From the NCBI GenBank assembly GCA_051003155.1, contig JBPCLO010000013.1, forward strand, positions 32,001 through 96,000: a stretch of 64,000 bases of DNA. Direction: 5' to 3'. This DNA comes from Fimbriimonadales bacterium. Lineage in GTDB: Bacteria; Armatimonadota; Fimbriimonadia; Fimbriimonadales; ATM1. Positions within the stretch are counted from its first letter, which is position 1. Every line of letters starts with the position of its first letter. The translations under genes were made by a program, and so were the position numbers. This document shows positions 28,598 through 37,804 of the stretch, in pieces. The notes beneath the pieces are model-generated. The model saw only the letters and a program-made list of their open reading frames with translations. It was not told the DNA's origin and made no database searches.

Positions 28598-29569
28598 TTA
28601 CACCTCGGAACGAGGCGTGCGCTCCATGAGTTCAGCGACAGCGTCTAGCGGGCGTGTTTTCCCGTCCAGAACCCGGGCGATGGCTTCCATCAAGGGCACC
28701 TCGACTTCGGACCGATGCGCGAGTTCGACGGCGGCGTGGGCCGTTGGGACGCCTTCCGCGACTTGCCCGATCTCTTCGAGGGTTTGGTCGAGGCCCTTGC
28801 CTTCTCCCAGCGCGCGGCCGACCCGATAGTTGCGGCTAAGCACGCTCGCGGCCGTCGCAAAAAGGTCGCCCACCCCGCTGAGGCCCATAAACGTCTCGAC
28901 CTTTGCACCCAGCGCTACCCCGAGGGATGCCATTTCGTGCAGGCCGCGGGCAATGACCGCGCCCTTGGTGTTGTCGCCGAAACCCAGCCCGTCGCTCATG
29001 CCGGCGCAGATCGCCATGACGTTCTTGAGCGCGCCACCCAGCTCGACGCCTACGAGGTCCTTGCTCGTGTAAACTCTAAGGTTACGCGACGCGAATCGTT
29101 CCCGCACCCATTCGACACAATCCTGGTCTCGAGATGCGATAACCGTGGCGGTAGGGATGCCTTGAGCAAGCTCTACAGCGAGATTTGGACCGCTTAGTAC
29201 ACAAACCCTTGCTCTAGGCCTTTCTTCGAGCACAACTTCGCTCATTCTCTTAGAAGTATTGGGCTCGAGCCCCTTCGCGGCGATAACGACCAGCGGGTCT
29301 TCAGGTAGCAATGCACAGCCTTCACGCGCGCCTTCGCTCGGGATGGCCAAAACCCAGAAATCGGCCTCGTTCGGAGCCGCTGTTACCGGTACTATCTCCG
29401 GGGGCAACTGGAAGCCCGGAAGGTAATGCCGGTTCTCGCGGTGAGCTCGCAGCGATTCGATCTCCGAAGGGTCGCGGCCCCAGAGCGAAACATGAACACC
29501 GTTGCGGGCGATGTGGAGGCTAAGCGCCGTCCCCCAACTGCCACTACCCAAGACCGAAGCGCGAATCAC
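28598..29569 (-). CDS. gpsA: NAD(P)H-dependent glycerol-3-phosphate dehydrogenase
   Basis: GSGSWGTAL, SGPNLA.E, GVELGGALKN, GDL.AT..S..SRN. Confidence 0.96.
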   Translation of the reverse strand: MIRASVLGSGSWGTALSLHIARNGVHVSLWGRDPSEIESLRAHRENRHYLPGFQLPPEIVPVTAAPNEADFWVLAIPSEGAREGCALLPEDPLVVIAAKGLEPNTSKRMSEVVLEERPRARVCVLSGPNLAVELAQGIPTATVIASRDQDCVEWVRERFASRNLRVYTSKDLVGVELGGALKNVMAICAGMSDGLGFGDNTKGAVIARGLHEMASLGVALGAKVETFMGLSGVGDLFATAASVLSRNYRVGRALGEGKGLDQTLEEIGQVAEGVPTAHAAVELAHRSEVEVPLMEAIARVLDGKTRPLDAVAELMERTPRSEV

Positions 29570-29632
29570 GGGCTACAGATTACTCGCTTCCGAATCTTGC
29601 GAACGGGTAGATTAGAATCCAAACACAAAGAT

Positions 29633-29890
29633 ATGCCCTACGTAATTGCCGAACCCTGTATTGGTGTTAAGGATAAATCCTGCGTTACTGTTTGCCCCGT
29701 CGATTGCATTTACGAGGGCGACGATATGCTTTTCATCAATCCGGACGAATGCATCGACTGCGGTTTGTGCGAGCCGGAGTGTCCCGTGACCGCGATCTTC
29801 GTGGATACCGACGTGCCCAGCCAATGGCGCGAATACATCGATATGAACGCCGAGGACGGGCGCAAGTTGGCTGAAGAGAAGAAAGGCTAG
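29633..29890 (+). CDS. fdxA: 7Fe ([3Fe-4S]+[4Fe-4S]) ferredoxin
   Basis: CIGVKDKSCVTVCPVDC and CIDCGLCEPECP. Confidence 0.9.
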   Translation: MPYVIAEPCIGVKDKSCVTVCPVDCIYEGDDMLFINPDECIDCGLCEPECPVTAIFVDTDVPSQWREYIDMNAEDGRKLAEEKKG

Positions 29891-29893
29891 GGC

Positions 29894-31003
29894 ATGACGC
29901 CGTTCGCCTTTGTGGTGCATCCCATCGACGCCAAGCGAGATGTCGCCCGCAAATATCCTCTGACAAGATTTCTGCCTGAAAATGGACTCGAGTGGTTTCT
30001 GAGACGGAAGAAGCCGATGGTGCTGAGCGAGATTACGGGTGTGACGTCGCCGACCGGCGCCGAAACGAAGGGTTGGTTCATCGGCTGTCCGTTGACTCCC
30101 AGGATGATGCTCGAACTGCCGCTGGAGTTCGTCTACGGACGCATTTTAGAGTGCTGCGAACTGGCGGCTTCGAAAGGAGCGAAGATCATCGGGCTCGGGG
30201 CGTTCACCGCGGTCGTCGGTGATGGGGGCAAGACTATTTCGGACCGCAGTCCGATCGCCGTCACGACCGGGAACAGCTACACGGTAGCGACCGCAATCGA
30301 CGGAGCAATGGAAGCGGCGAAGCTCATGGAAATCGATACTTCGAAGGCCACGCTCGCTGTGGTTGGGGCAACCGGAGCGATCGGCAAGACTTGTGCCCAG
30401 CTTATGGCGCCACACTTCGAAAGAACGGTGCTAATCGGGCGCGATCTTGCGCGCACCCAGGCCGTCGCGGATTCTATCAGCGCGGAGGTAACCGCGACGA
30501 CGAGTATCGATGCGTTGCGTGAAGCCGACGTGATCGTTACCGTCACAAGCGCCGGCGACGCGGTAATTCAGCCCGAGCACCTTAGATCCGGCGCCGTCGT
30601 ATGCGATGTGGCGCGCCCCAGGGATGTCAGCGTGCGCGTGTCCAGAGAGCGGGACGACGTGCTTGTGATCGAGGGCGGAGTGGTGGCGGTACCCGGTGAT
30701 GTGCGCTTTGGCATGGAGTTCGGGTTTCCGCCGAGGACAGCTTATGCTTGCATGAGCGAGACGATGCTGTTGGCACTGGAAAACCGGCCGGAGCCGTTTA
30801 CGATCGGCAAAGACGTGACCGCCGAGCAGGTACTGGAGACCCAGCGCCTTGCCAAGAAACACGGCTTCGAGCTTGCGGGCTTCCGAAGCTTCGAGAAGGC
30901 TGTGGCCAAGGAGACGATCGAGCGGGTCAAGGCGGCTGTCGCGCTGCGGAAGGCTGAAGGCAAGACGGTTCCACCGTCCGTCGCCCGTGCCCCTTCTCGG
31001 TAG
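29894..31003 (+). CDS. Acyl-ACP reductase (AAR)-like NAD(P)-dependent oxidoreductase
   Basis: FAFVVHP, GLGAFT, TTGNSYT, VVGATGAIG, EGGVV, YACMSE (Cys aligned with the AAR FACFAE motif), HGF. Confidence 0.75.
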   Translation: MTPFAFVVHPIDAKRDVARKYPLTRFLPENGLEWFLRRKKPMVLSEITGVTSPTGAETKGWFIGCPLTPRMMLELPLEFVYGRILECCELAASKGAKIIGLGAFTAVVGDGGKTISDRSPIAVTTGNSYTVATAIDGAMEAAKLMEIDTSKATLAVVGATGAIGKTCAQLMAPHFERTVLIGRDLARTQAVADSISAEVTATTSIDALREADVIVTVTSAGDAVIQPEHLRSGAVVCDVARPRDVSVRVSRERDDVLVIEGGVVAVPGDVRFGMEFGFPPRTAYACMSETMLLALENRPEPFTIGKDVTAEQVLETQRLAKKHGFELAGFRSFEKAVAKETIERVKAAVALRKAEGKTVPPSVARAPSR

Positions 31004-31472
31004 CGGAGTTCCTGCCTAGTCATTGCCGAAGTTTGCTCAGCTCACCGAGGATATAGGAAATGCCTCCACGGCGAGTGTCCACTGAAAGAACCAAGCAGAA
31101 AATCCTCAACGCGCGTGTTGAGTAAGTTAAATCGAGTCTGGCGTGAGCAGGAAATGGCGGACTCCCGCTCAGGAATCGTCGATATCTGCGCGAAGATCTC
31201 GGATATCTGCGCGCCTTTCTTGGATTCGGGGGCCGCAATCGGCGATTCTAGCACCGGTCTCTCTAGGCGCTGAGCGACTCCCCGCCGCATCTGTTGGCGT
31301 CTTGCGTTGCGATACGCCCGGCTATTGAAAGACGTTAACGACGATTCCCAAAACTACGCCTACAAGTGAGGGCGCAATCGCCAAGGCAGTGCCTTTGGGT
31401 TAGGCGCTCGATATTCCTCATCGGAAATGGCGATTCTCGATCCCGTTGTGATCTTTGCCACGCGCCATTTGC

Positions 31473-31955
31473 CTAGGTCGGAACTTCGACCACGACGTGG
31501 GGCTCATGGGCGATGGAGAAGTTCACGCTGCGGGCGATGAAGCAAACTTGGCCGGCTTCGTGATGCAACGACGCCGCGAGTTCTTGTTTTTCGGAATCGC
31601 TGATCGTGACTTGTGGATGCAGAGTCGCCGATGCGAATTGGCCGCTGCCGTCAGGATTCATGACTACCGTCCCTTCGGCATGATCCTCATACGCCGTGAC
31701 AACGATTCCGGCCTTGGAAGCAACATAAAGATACGAGAGCATATGGCACTGGGCGGCGGCGGCCAGCAGCAACTGCTCTGGATTCCACCGGCTTTTATCA
31801 CCCCCGAACGCGGGGTCCGACGATGCGATGATCTCAGGAGGTCCGTCGGCATTGACGACATGGTCTCGGCTGTATGAGCGGTAACCGCTCGTACCGTCGC
31901 CCAGGTTTCCGGTCCAGCGGACGGTCAAATCGTAATGATGCTCGTTGGGTTGCAT
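31473..31955 (-). CDS. OsmC/Ohr-family protein
   Basis: W.G..G.GT..Y..YSR, NPEQLL.AA..QCHML, CFIA.SVN. Confidence 0.9.
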   Translation of the reverse strand: MQPNEHHYDLTVRWTGNLGDGTSGYRSYSRDHVVNADGPPEIIASSDPAFGGDKSRWNPEQLLLAAAAQCHMLSYLYVASKAGIVVTAYEDHAEGTVVMNPDGSGQFASATLHPQVTISDSEKQELAASLHHEAGQVCFIARSVNFSIAHEPHVVVEVPT

Positions 31956-32022
31956 ACAAGCATTAAACACCAGAAGGCGGAGCAATGAATCGCCCCACCT
32001 TCCTGCGGCTCACGCGCGAAGT

Positions 32023-32724
32023 CTATCGCAATGCTGCGTCGTAGGAGCCGACGTTCGTCGCCCCGTACTTAGCAAGCACCGACTCGGCCTTGGTGACGTC
32101 GAGATCACCGGATGGTAGGGTTACAGCGAGAATCGCTCCACCTCGGTCGAAGGCTTCACCGTAGTTGGTGGCGACATGCTCCGGCAGTCCCTGATCCTTG
32201 AGGTATCCGGTCACCCCGCCAGCAACGGCGCCGGCAGCAGTCGCTCCTGCGGTTCCTGCGAGCGCGACTGCCAGGGCGCCACCGCCGATCACCAAACCAA
32301 AACCGGGAATGGCGAGCGCCGCAAGGCTGGCCAAGACGCCCACGCCCAGTCCGATTCCAGCGCCCTTAGCCGCACCGGAGGCAGCGTCGGCTCCGGTTGT
32401 TGTGCTGAGCCCTGACTTGGCGCTGAGATCGTCGTCGTTTTTCCGATCCGCGTCGTAATCGCGTTCGATCACTGCGGTGTTATAGTCGGCCACGACGGCT
32501 GCATCCTTGTATGTCAGGTCCGGATCATCGACGATGCGGTCGGCATATGCCGGATCGACCTCGCCAACAGGCGGCTCGTACATAGTTGCGCCCGTCTTGC
32601 CTTCGCGGACCTCTTTGGCAATGAGGCTGATGTCTTGACCGTTAGCGCCGTGATCCATCAGCGCTCCGGTTGCCTTCTCGGCTGTTTCGGTGTCGGGAAA
32701 AGTTGCGTAAATTGTCTGTGACAT
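32023..32724 (-). CDS. General-stress-protein-like membrane protein (Gly/Ala-rich hairpin)
   Basis: A.F.....AE.A...L...G....DIS, GA.IG..VG, IPGFG.VIGGG.LA, G.P...A..Y; SD AAGGAG. Confidence 0.75.
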   Translation of the reverse strand: MSQTIYATFPDTETAEKATGALMDHGANGQDISLIAKEVREGKTGATMYEPPVGEVDPAYADRIVDDPDLTYKDAAVVADYNTAVIERDYDADRKNDDDLSAKSGLSTTTGADAASGAAKGAGIGLGVGVLASLAALAIPGFGLVIGGGALAVALAGTAGATAAGAVAGGVTGYLKDQGLPEHVATNYGEAFDRGGAILAVTLPSGDLDVTKAESVLAKYGATNVGSYDAALR

Positions 32725-32880
32725 GGTTCGTTCTCCTTTATTCTTTGTAGTTCGATTCGGCCCATAATCCGGCCGATTCGGGAGCGACTTCTCTTATAGC
32801 GATACGCCGGGAGTCGAGCGCATATCGCGATCCTCTTTGGAACTTGCTCATTTCCAGCCGTGGCCCGCGTCATAAAGTCG

Positions 32881-34101
32881 ATGTACACAACAGAAGTGCC
32901 TGAGCACCAAGAACGCGTGGTTATCCGTGGCAGGCCCCGGACGTGGTTGTTCTGGATCCTCGCGGTCGCGCTCGCGCTTTACGTGGTCTACGTAGTGCGT
33001 GAGATTTGGTTGCCGCTCGGCATCGCCTTTCTGATCGCAATGGTTCTCGATCCGGTTGTTGATCGAATGGAACATCGCGGGTTCTCACGCTTCCTTTCGA
33101 GCCTGGTGATTTTTGTCGGCTTCTTTGCGGCCTTAGCGGGGCTACTCTATTTTGTCGTTCCCCGTGTCGCGGAGCAAGCGAAGAATGTGTCGCAAAAAGC
33201 CACGGAGTACTTACCAGACAGGTCCCCGCAAGGAATCGAGAGATTCCTTAACAGGAATCATGTTCCTTATTCGATCAGGCCCGTGGTCTCAAGAGCCATC
33301 ACGCAGATCGATTCGGCAATTGCAGGGGCGGCCAAGTGGCTTGGTGAAAACGCGCTCCATATGGCATCGAACCTGATTTGGCTCGTGATCATCCCAATCG
33401 TCGCCTTCTCCGCCCTAAAGGATTTCCACCTTATTCTCGCGAAGACGCTTCTCTTGGTACCCAAAGGCAAGCGAGAATTCGTTCAAACGATGGTTTCTGA
33501 ATCGACAGCTGTCTTTGCCAAATTCATGCGGGGAATGGCCCTCGTTTCGTTCCTGAATGGCCTAACTACCTGGCTCGTCCTAGTCGCACTTGGCGTCGAG
33601 GGAGCTTTGCTGCTTGGCATTGTCGCAATGATCGTGTACCCAGTGCCGTATTTTGGCGCCTTGATTACGGTCGCGCTTATTGCCGGCGTATCGTTCGTGA
33701 CCGGCGGTCTAAATCAAATGCTGATCGTCGTTGGGGCAAATGTCATCTTGCAACAGATTATTTTCGACCAGATTGTGACGCCGCGCATCCTTGGCCGCAG
33801 CGTGGGTCTGCATCCCATTTGGAGCATTTTCGCTCTTCTCGTGGGGAACGCTCTGCTCGGGCTCATCGGAATGATCCTGGCAGTGCCTGTCGCGGCGTGC
33901 ATCCAGATTGCGATCGTGTCGGTGGTTCCGAAATTGGGTTATGAGATCGACGTTTCAGCGCCGGGAGCCAACTCGGCTGTCGAGGAGTTGAGCGAAGAGA
34001 CAAAAAACGAACATATCGAGGCGACGGCGAGCGAGGAGCTTCACGGGCAGGTGACATCGGTCGTGGAAGATATCGAAGCCCAGGAACAGGAGTCGCCCTA
34101 G
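32881..34101 (+). CDS. AI-2E (PerM/TqsA) family transporter
   Basis: LDPVVD, VPYFG, TPRILG.SVGLHP, G.ILAVP; start uncertain (32860 or 32881). Confidence 0.9.
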   Translation: MYTTEVPEHQERVVIRGRPRTWLFWILAVALALYVVYVVREIWLPLGIAFLIAMVLDPVVDRMEHRGFSRFLSSLVIFVGFFAALAGLLYFVVPRVAEQAKNVSQKATEYLPDRSPQGIERFLNRNHVPYSIRPVVSRAITQIDSAIAGAAKWLGENALHMASNLIWLVIIPIVAFSALKDFHLILAKTLLLVPKGKREFVQTMVSESTAVFAKFMRGMALVSFLNGLTTWLVLVALGVEGALLLGIVAMIVYPVPYFGALITVALIAGVSFVTGGLNQMLIVVGANVILQQIIFDQIVTPRILGRSVGLHPIWSIFALLVGNALLGLIGMILAVPVAACIQIAIVSVVPKLGYEIDVSAPGANSAVEELSEETKNEHIEATASEELHGQVTSVVEDIEAQEQESP

Positions 34102-34181
34102 TCGAATTACCTTGAGCTTGCAATAAATCGGCCCCTGTTGGAGTAGAAAATAATAGAAGCTCCGGGGGTTGCGCCGATCAC

Positions 34182-34385
34182 ATGCAAAAGCGGATAAACG
34201 AAGACGCGCCTTATGAGAACGCCCTGGATCGGCGCGCCCAACTTTACTTTCAGAGTGCTCGCGGTCAAGGTTCGCTCGTGCCGGACGACGAACTAATGAA
34301 GGAGTGTCGGGAACTCGCCCGACGCGACCTACAGCGCATCGAGAGACTCGGCGACGAAGTGTATCCGGAGGAGGAGCAGGAGTAG
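34182..34385 (+). CDS. Small charged hypothetical protein (67 aa)
   Basis: Helical, protein-like composition; directly upstream of and co-oriented with the GT4 gene. Confidence 0.6.
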   Translation: MQKRINEDAPYENALDRRAQLYFQSARGQGSLVPDDELMKECRELARRDLQRIERLGDEVYPEEEQE

Positions 34386-34486
34386 TCGTGGATGTTTCTT
34401 CGGCCCTAGAGGAAGCCCGCGCAGGGGCGACTCTGGAGAACGAAGTTCGCAAAGAGGACGGCGTTCTGTTCATGATGGGGGTACAA

Positions 34487-36781
34487 ATGCCCCGCGCTAA
34501 ACGCTCCACAGTTCCAGAACGAATCCGCGTCGTCGGCAATTACGTGCCTCGACAATGTGGGATAGCTACGTTTACTGCCGACCTAACGGAAGCCATCGCT
34601 AAGGAGTTCCCAAAGCTCGACTGTGGGGCAGTTGCGATGAACGACATCGATCAAGGATACAAGTATCCGGAGAGGGTACGCTTCGAAATAGGGGAGAACG
34701 AGCTGTCAGGATACCGGCGCGCAGCCGACTTTTTGAATATCAGCGCCGTCGACGTTGTGTGCTTGCAGCACGAATACGGGATCTACGGCGGCAAAGCGGG
34801 ATCACACATCTTGTCGCTGATGCGAGAGCTTCGCATGCCCATCGTTACCACTCTCCATACGATACTTCGTGAGCCGAATGAGCTTCAGAAGCAGGTCATG
34901 GATGAGGTTGTCCAGCTTTCTGAGAGGATCGTGGTGATGAGCGAGAAAGGTGCGGGCTTCATGCAAGAGGTCCACGGCGTTTCCGCAGACAAGATCGATT
35001 TGATCCATCATGGCATCCCGGATGTGCGCTTCGAATCGACCACGCGCTACAAGGAGCGCCTTGGTATGGCCGGAGACTCGGTGCTCCTTACGTTCGGCCT
35101 ACTCGGGCCCGACAAGGGCATCGAATATGTGATCCGGGCGCTGCCGAAGGTCCTGGAGAAGCATCCAAATGTCGTCTATATGGTGGTTGGCGCTACACAT
35201 CCGAATGTCCGCGCACAGGTGGGTGAGACGTACAGGCTGAGCCTCGAGCGGTTGGCGCATGAAAAGGGAGTCGAGGGAAATGTTGTGTTCCACAACCGAT
35301 TCGTGGGCGACGACGAGTTGAGTGAGTTCCTGGGAGCTGCGGATATTTACATCACACCCTATCTCAAGCCGGAACAGATCACTTCCGGAACCCTGGCATA
35401 CGCAGTCGGTTCGGGCAAGGCCGTCATTTCTACCCCGTACTGGTACGCTGAGGAATTGTTGGCCGACGGACGAGGGGTGCTGGTCCCTTGGCGAGATTCG
35501 GACGCCCTCGCCGACCAGGTGATTCGGTTGCTCAGTAACGACAAAGAGCGAAGAGCCATTCGGACCAAGGCGGCGGACTTCGGGCGACAGATGGTGTGGC
35601 CATCCGTGGCTCGGCAGTACCTGACCAGCTTCGAGAGGGCCAGCGGCGACGCTGCGAAGCGACGTGGCAAGTTCCACACAAAGATGCTCGCCGGCCGGCC
35701 CGCGGAGCTGCCCGACGTTACCCTCAACCACATCAGATTAATGACCGACTCCACTGGCATTTTCCAGCACGCGACATACGCGGTACCTAACTACGACGAA
35801 GGTTACTGCGTCGACGATAACGCGCGGGCGCTTATACTGATGGCCTACTTGGAGGAGGACGGCTATGAATCGAGCGACCTCAAAGCCCTCATGGCACGAT
35901 ATCTTGCGTTTCTCAATCATGCCTTGAATAAGTCGAACGGAAGGTTTATGAACTTTCTGTCCTACGACCGCCGCTGGCTGGAAGAGGCGGGTTCCGAGGA
36001 CAGCCACGGGAGATCCCTCTATGCGCTGGGGACCGTCGTCGGACGCTCTCATGACCCGAGCGCACAGGGACTCGCAAAGCGCCTATTCGACGAGGCGCTG
36101 CCGGTTGTAGTCGGGTTCTCCAGCCCGAGGGCCTGGGCGTTTTCCCTCCTTGGCATAGACGAGTACATGCGGGCGTTCATGGGTGAGAGCAGGGTGCAGG
36201 AAGTGCGGCGAGAACTCGCGGAAAAGCTTTTCGATTTGTACTGCAGTTACTCCACCGATGAGTGGCCTTGGTTCGAAGACCGCGTGACGTACTCGAACTC
36301 ACGGCTCTCGCAGGCGCTCCTGGTTTCGGGGCAATGGATGTCGCGCGCAGATATGGTTACCGCCGGCCTCGCGTCGCTAGACTGGTTGACGGCCATCCAG
36401 CAGACCGATGAGGGGTACTTTTCACCCGTCGGCAGCAATGGATTCTACGTTCGAGGGAAACAAATGGCCGAATTCGATCAGCAGCCGGTAGAGGCAATGG
36501 GCGTGGTGTCCGCGAGCCTGGATGCTTTGCGGGTGACGGGAGATCCGAAGTGGATGAAAGAGGCGAGGCGGGCGTTCAACTGGTTTCTGGGACAGAACCG
36601 CCTGCAGACATCCCTATACGACCCCACGACCGGCGGATGTCGCGATGGCCTTCACGATGGCCGTCTAAACGAAAACCAAGGGGCAGAGTCCTCGCTGGCG
36701 TTCCTGCTATCATTGCTGGAGCTTCGACTTGCCGAGAATGAGAGCTCCTCCAAGGCTTCCTTAACCGTTTATACATCGTGA
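34487..36781 (+). CDS. GT4 glycosyltransferase fused to a C-terminal (alpha/alpha)6 glycosidase-like domain
   Basis: PRQCGIATFT, QHEYGIYGG, FGLLGPDKG.E, SGTLAYA..GKAVISTPY; then TGIFQHA, GYCVDDNARAL, FDQQPVE, NQGAES; alternative start at 34388. Confidence 0.85.
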   Translation: MPRAKRSTVPERIRVVGNYVPRQCGIATFTADLTEAIAKEFPKLDCGAVAMNDIDQGYKYPERVRFEIGENELSGYRRAADFLNISAVDVVCLQHEYGIYGGKAGSHILSLMRELRMPIVTTLHTILREPNELQKQVMDEVVQLSERIVVMSEKGAGFMQEVHGVSADKIDLIHHGIPDVRFESTTRYKERLGMAGDSVLLTFGLLGPDKGIEYVIRALPKVLEKHPNVVYMVVGATHPNVRAQVGETYRLSLERLAHEKGVEGNVVFHNRFVGDDELSEFLGAADIYITPYLKPEQITSGTLAYAVGSGKAVISTPYWYAEELLADGRGVLVPWRDSDALADQVIRLLSNDKERRAIRTKAADFGRQMVWPSVARQYLTSFERASGDAAKRRGKFHTKMLAGRPAELPDVTLNHIRLMTDSTGIFQHATYAVPNYDEGYCVDDNARALILMAYLEEDGYESSDLKALMARYLAFLNHALNKSNGRFMNFLSYDRRWLEEAGSEDSHGRSLYALGTVVGRSHDPSAQGLAKRLFDEALPVVVGFSSPRAWAFSLLGIDEYMRAFMGESRVQEVRRELAEKLFDLYCSYSTDEWPWFEDRVTYSNSRLSQALLVSGQWMSRADMVTAGLASLDWLTAIQQTDEGYFSPVGSNGFYVRGKQMAEFDQQPVEAMGVVSASLDALRVTGDPKWMKEARRAFNWFLGQNRLQTSLYDPTTGGCRDGLHDGRLNENQGAESSLAFLLSLLELRLAENESSSKASLTVYTS

Positions 36782-37785
36782 CTTTGAATAACGCGCACGA
36801 AGAAGTTCTGTTTCGTCACGATAAGAACCCCATCCTCACTGCTGCGGACTGGCCATATCCCGCTCATACGGTCTTCAATCCGGGCGCAACGCTCTTGCAC
36901 GACGGTACGACGTTGCTACTTTGCAGGGTGGAGGACAGGCGAGGAATCTCGCACCTCTGCGCCGCTCGCTCGAAGAACGGCGTGGATGGCTGGTTGGTTG
37001 ACGCGGAGCCTACCCTGATGCCTGACCCCGAGAACCATCCCGAAGAACTCTGGGGAATCGAGGACCCACGTATTACATGGCTCGACGATATCGAGACGTA
37101 CGTCGTCGCCTACACCGCTTACAGCCGCAGCGGACCGGGTGTCGCGCTAGCGCTGACCCACGATTTCAAGAAATTTGATCGGCTCGGCCTGATGATGCAG
37201 CCAGACGACAAGGATGCGGCGCTCTTGCCGCGACGATTCGATGGACATTACGCTTTGATTCACCGCCCGGTGACCGACGTTTCCGCAAACATGTGGATGT
37301 CGTATTCGCCCGACCTCAGCAACTGGGGCAACCACAAGCTGCTTCTGCCGGCTCGGCGGGGCGCTTGGTGGGACGCGAACAAGATCGGCCTGTCGCCGCC
37401 ACCAATCGAGACCAAGGAAGGCTGGCTGGTGCTTTATCACGGAGTCCGAAATTCTTGCGCAGGCTGCTTGTATAGGCTCGGTCTTGCTCTCTTCGATCTG
37501 GAGAATCCGGATGTCTGTCTTCTACGAGGCGATGAATGGCTTTTCGGCCCGGAAACCCACTACGAAAGGGAAGGGGACGTGGGCAACGTCGCCTTTCCGA
37601 CCGGCTTTACGATCGGCGATGACGGAGACGCGATCAACCTTTACTATGGCGCCGCGGACACGAGCATTGCGCTCGCGCGGGGGAGCATCAACCAGCTGCT
37701 CGACTGGTTGAAGCGCCATGGCAGCACATATGTCGGAGTGGCGGCGCAACCGGCAGAAAAGACCCATTTTGGAACGGGTTCCTAG
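36778..37785 (+). CDS. GH130-family mannoside phosphorylase/glycosidase
   Basis: NPIL, VFNPGA, GIEDPR, DKD, HRP, LYHG, EREGDVGNV.F, YYGAADT; GTGA overlap with the GT4 stop. Confidence 0.9.
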   Translation: MTLNNAHEEVLFRHDKNPILTAADWPYPAHTVFNPGATLLHDGTTLLLCRVEDRRGISHLCAARSKNGVDGWLVDAEPTLMPDPENHPEELWGIEDPRITWLDDIETYVVAYTAYSRSGPGVALALTHDFKKFDRLGLMMQPDDKDAALLPRRFDGHYALIHRPVTDVSANMWMSYSPDLSNWGNHKLLLPARRGAWWDANKIGLSPPPIETKEGWLVLYHGVRNSCAGCLYRLGLALFDLENPDVCLLRGDEWLFGPETHYEREGDVGNVAFPTGFTIGDDGDAINLYYGAADTSIALARGSINQLLDWLKRHGSTYVGVAAQPAEKTHFGTGS

Positions 37786-37804
37786 GCATCGGGGTAGTTG
37801 ATTT

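Noticed and set aside
31221..31290. tRNA-like 5' half on the minus strand (CGGGGAGTCGCTCAGC..TAGAG, stem with 7-nt loop)
   Set aside because: No T-arm (GTTCRA), no acceptor-stem complement and an imperfect D-stem
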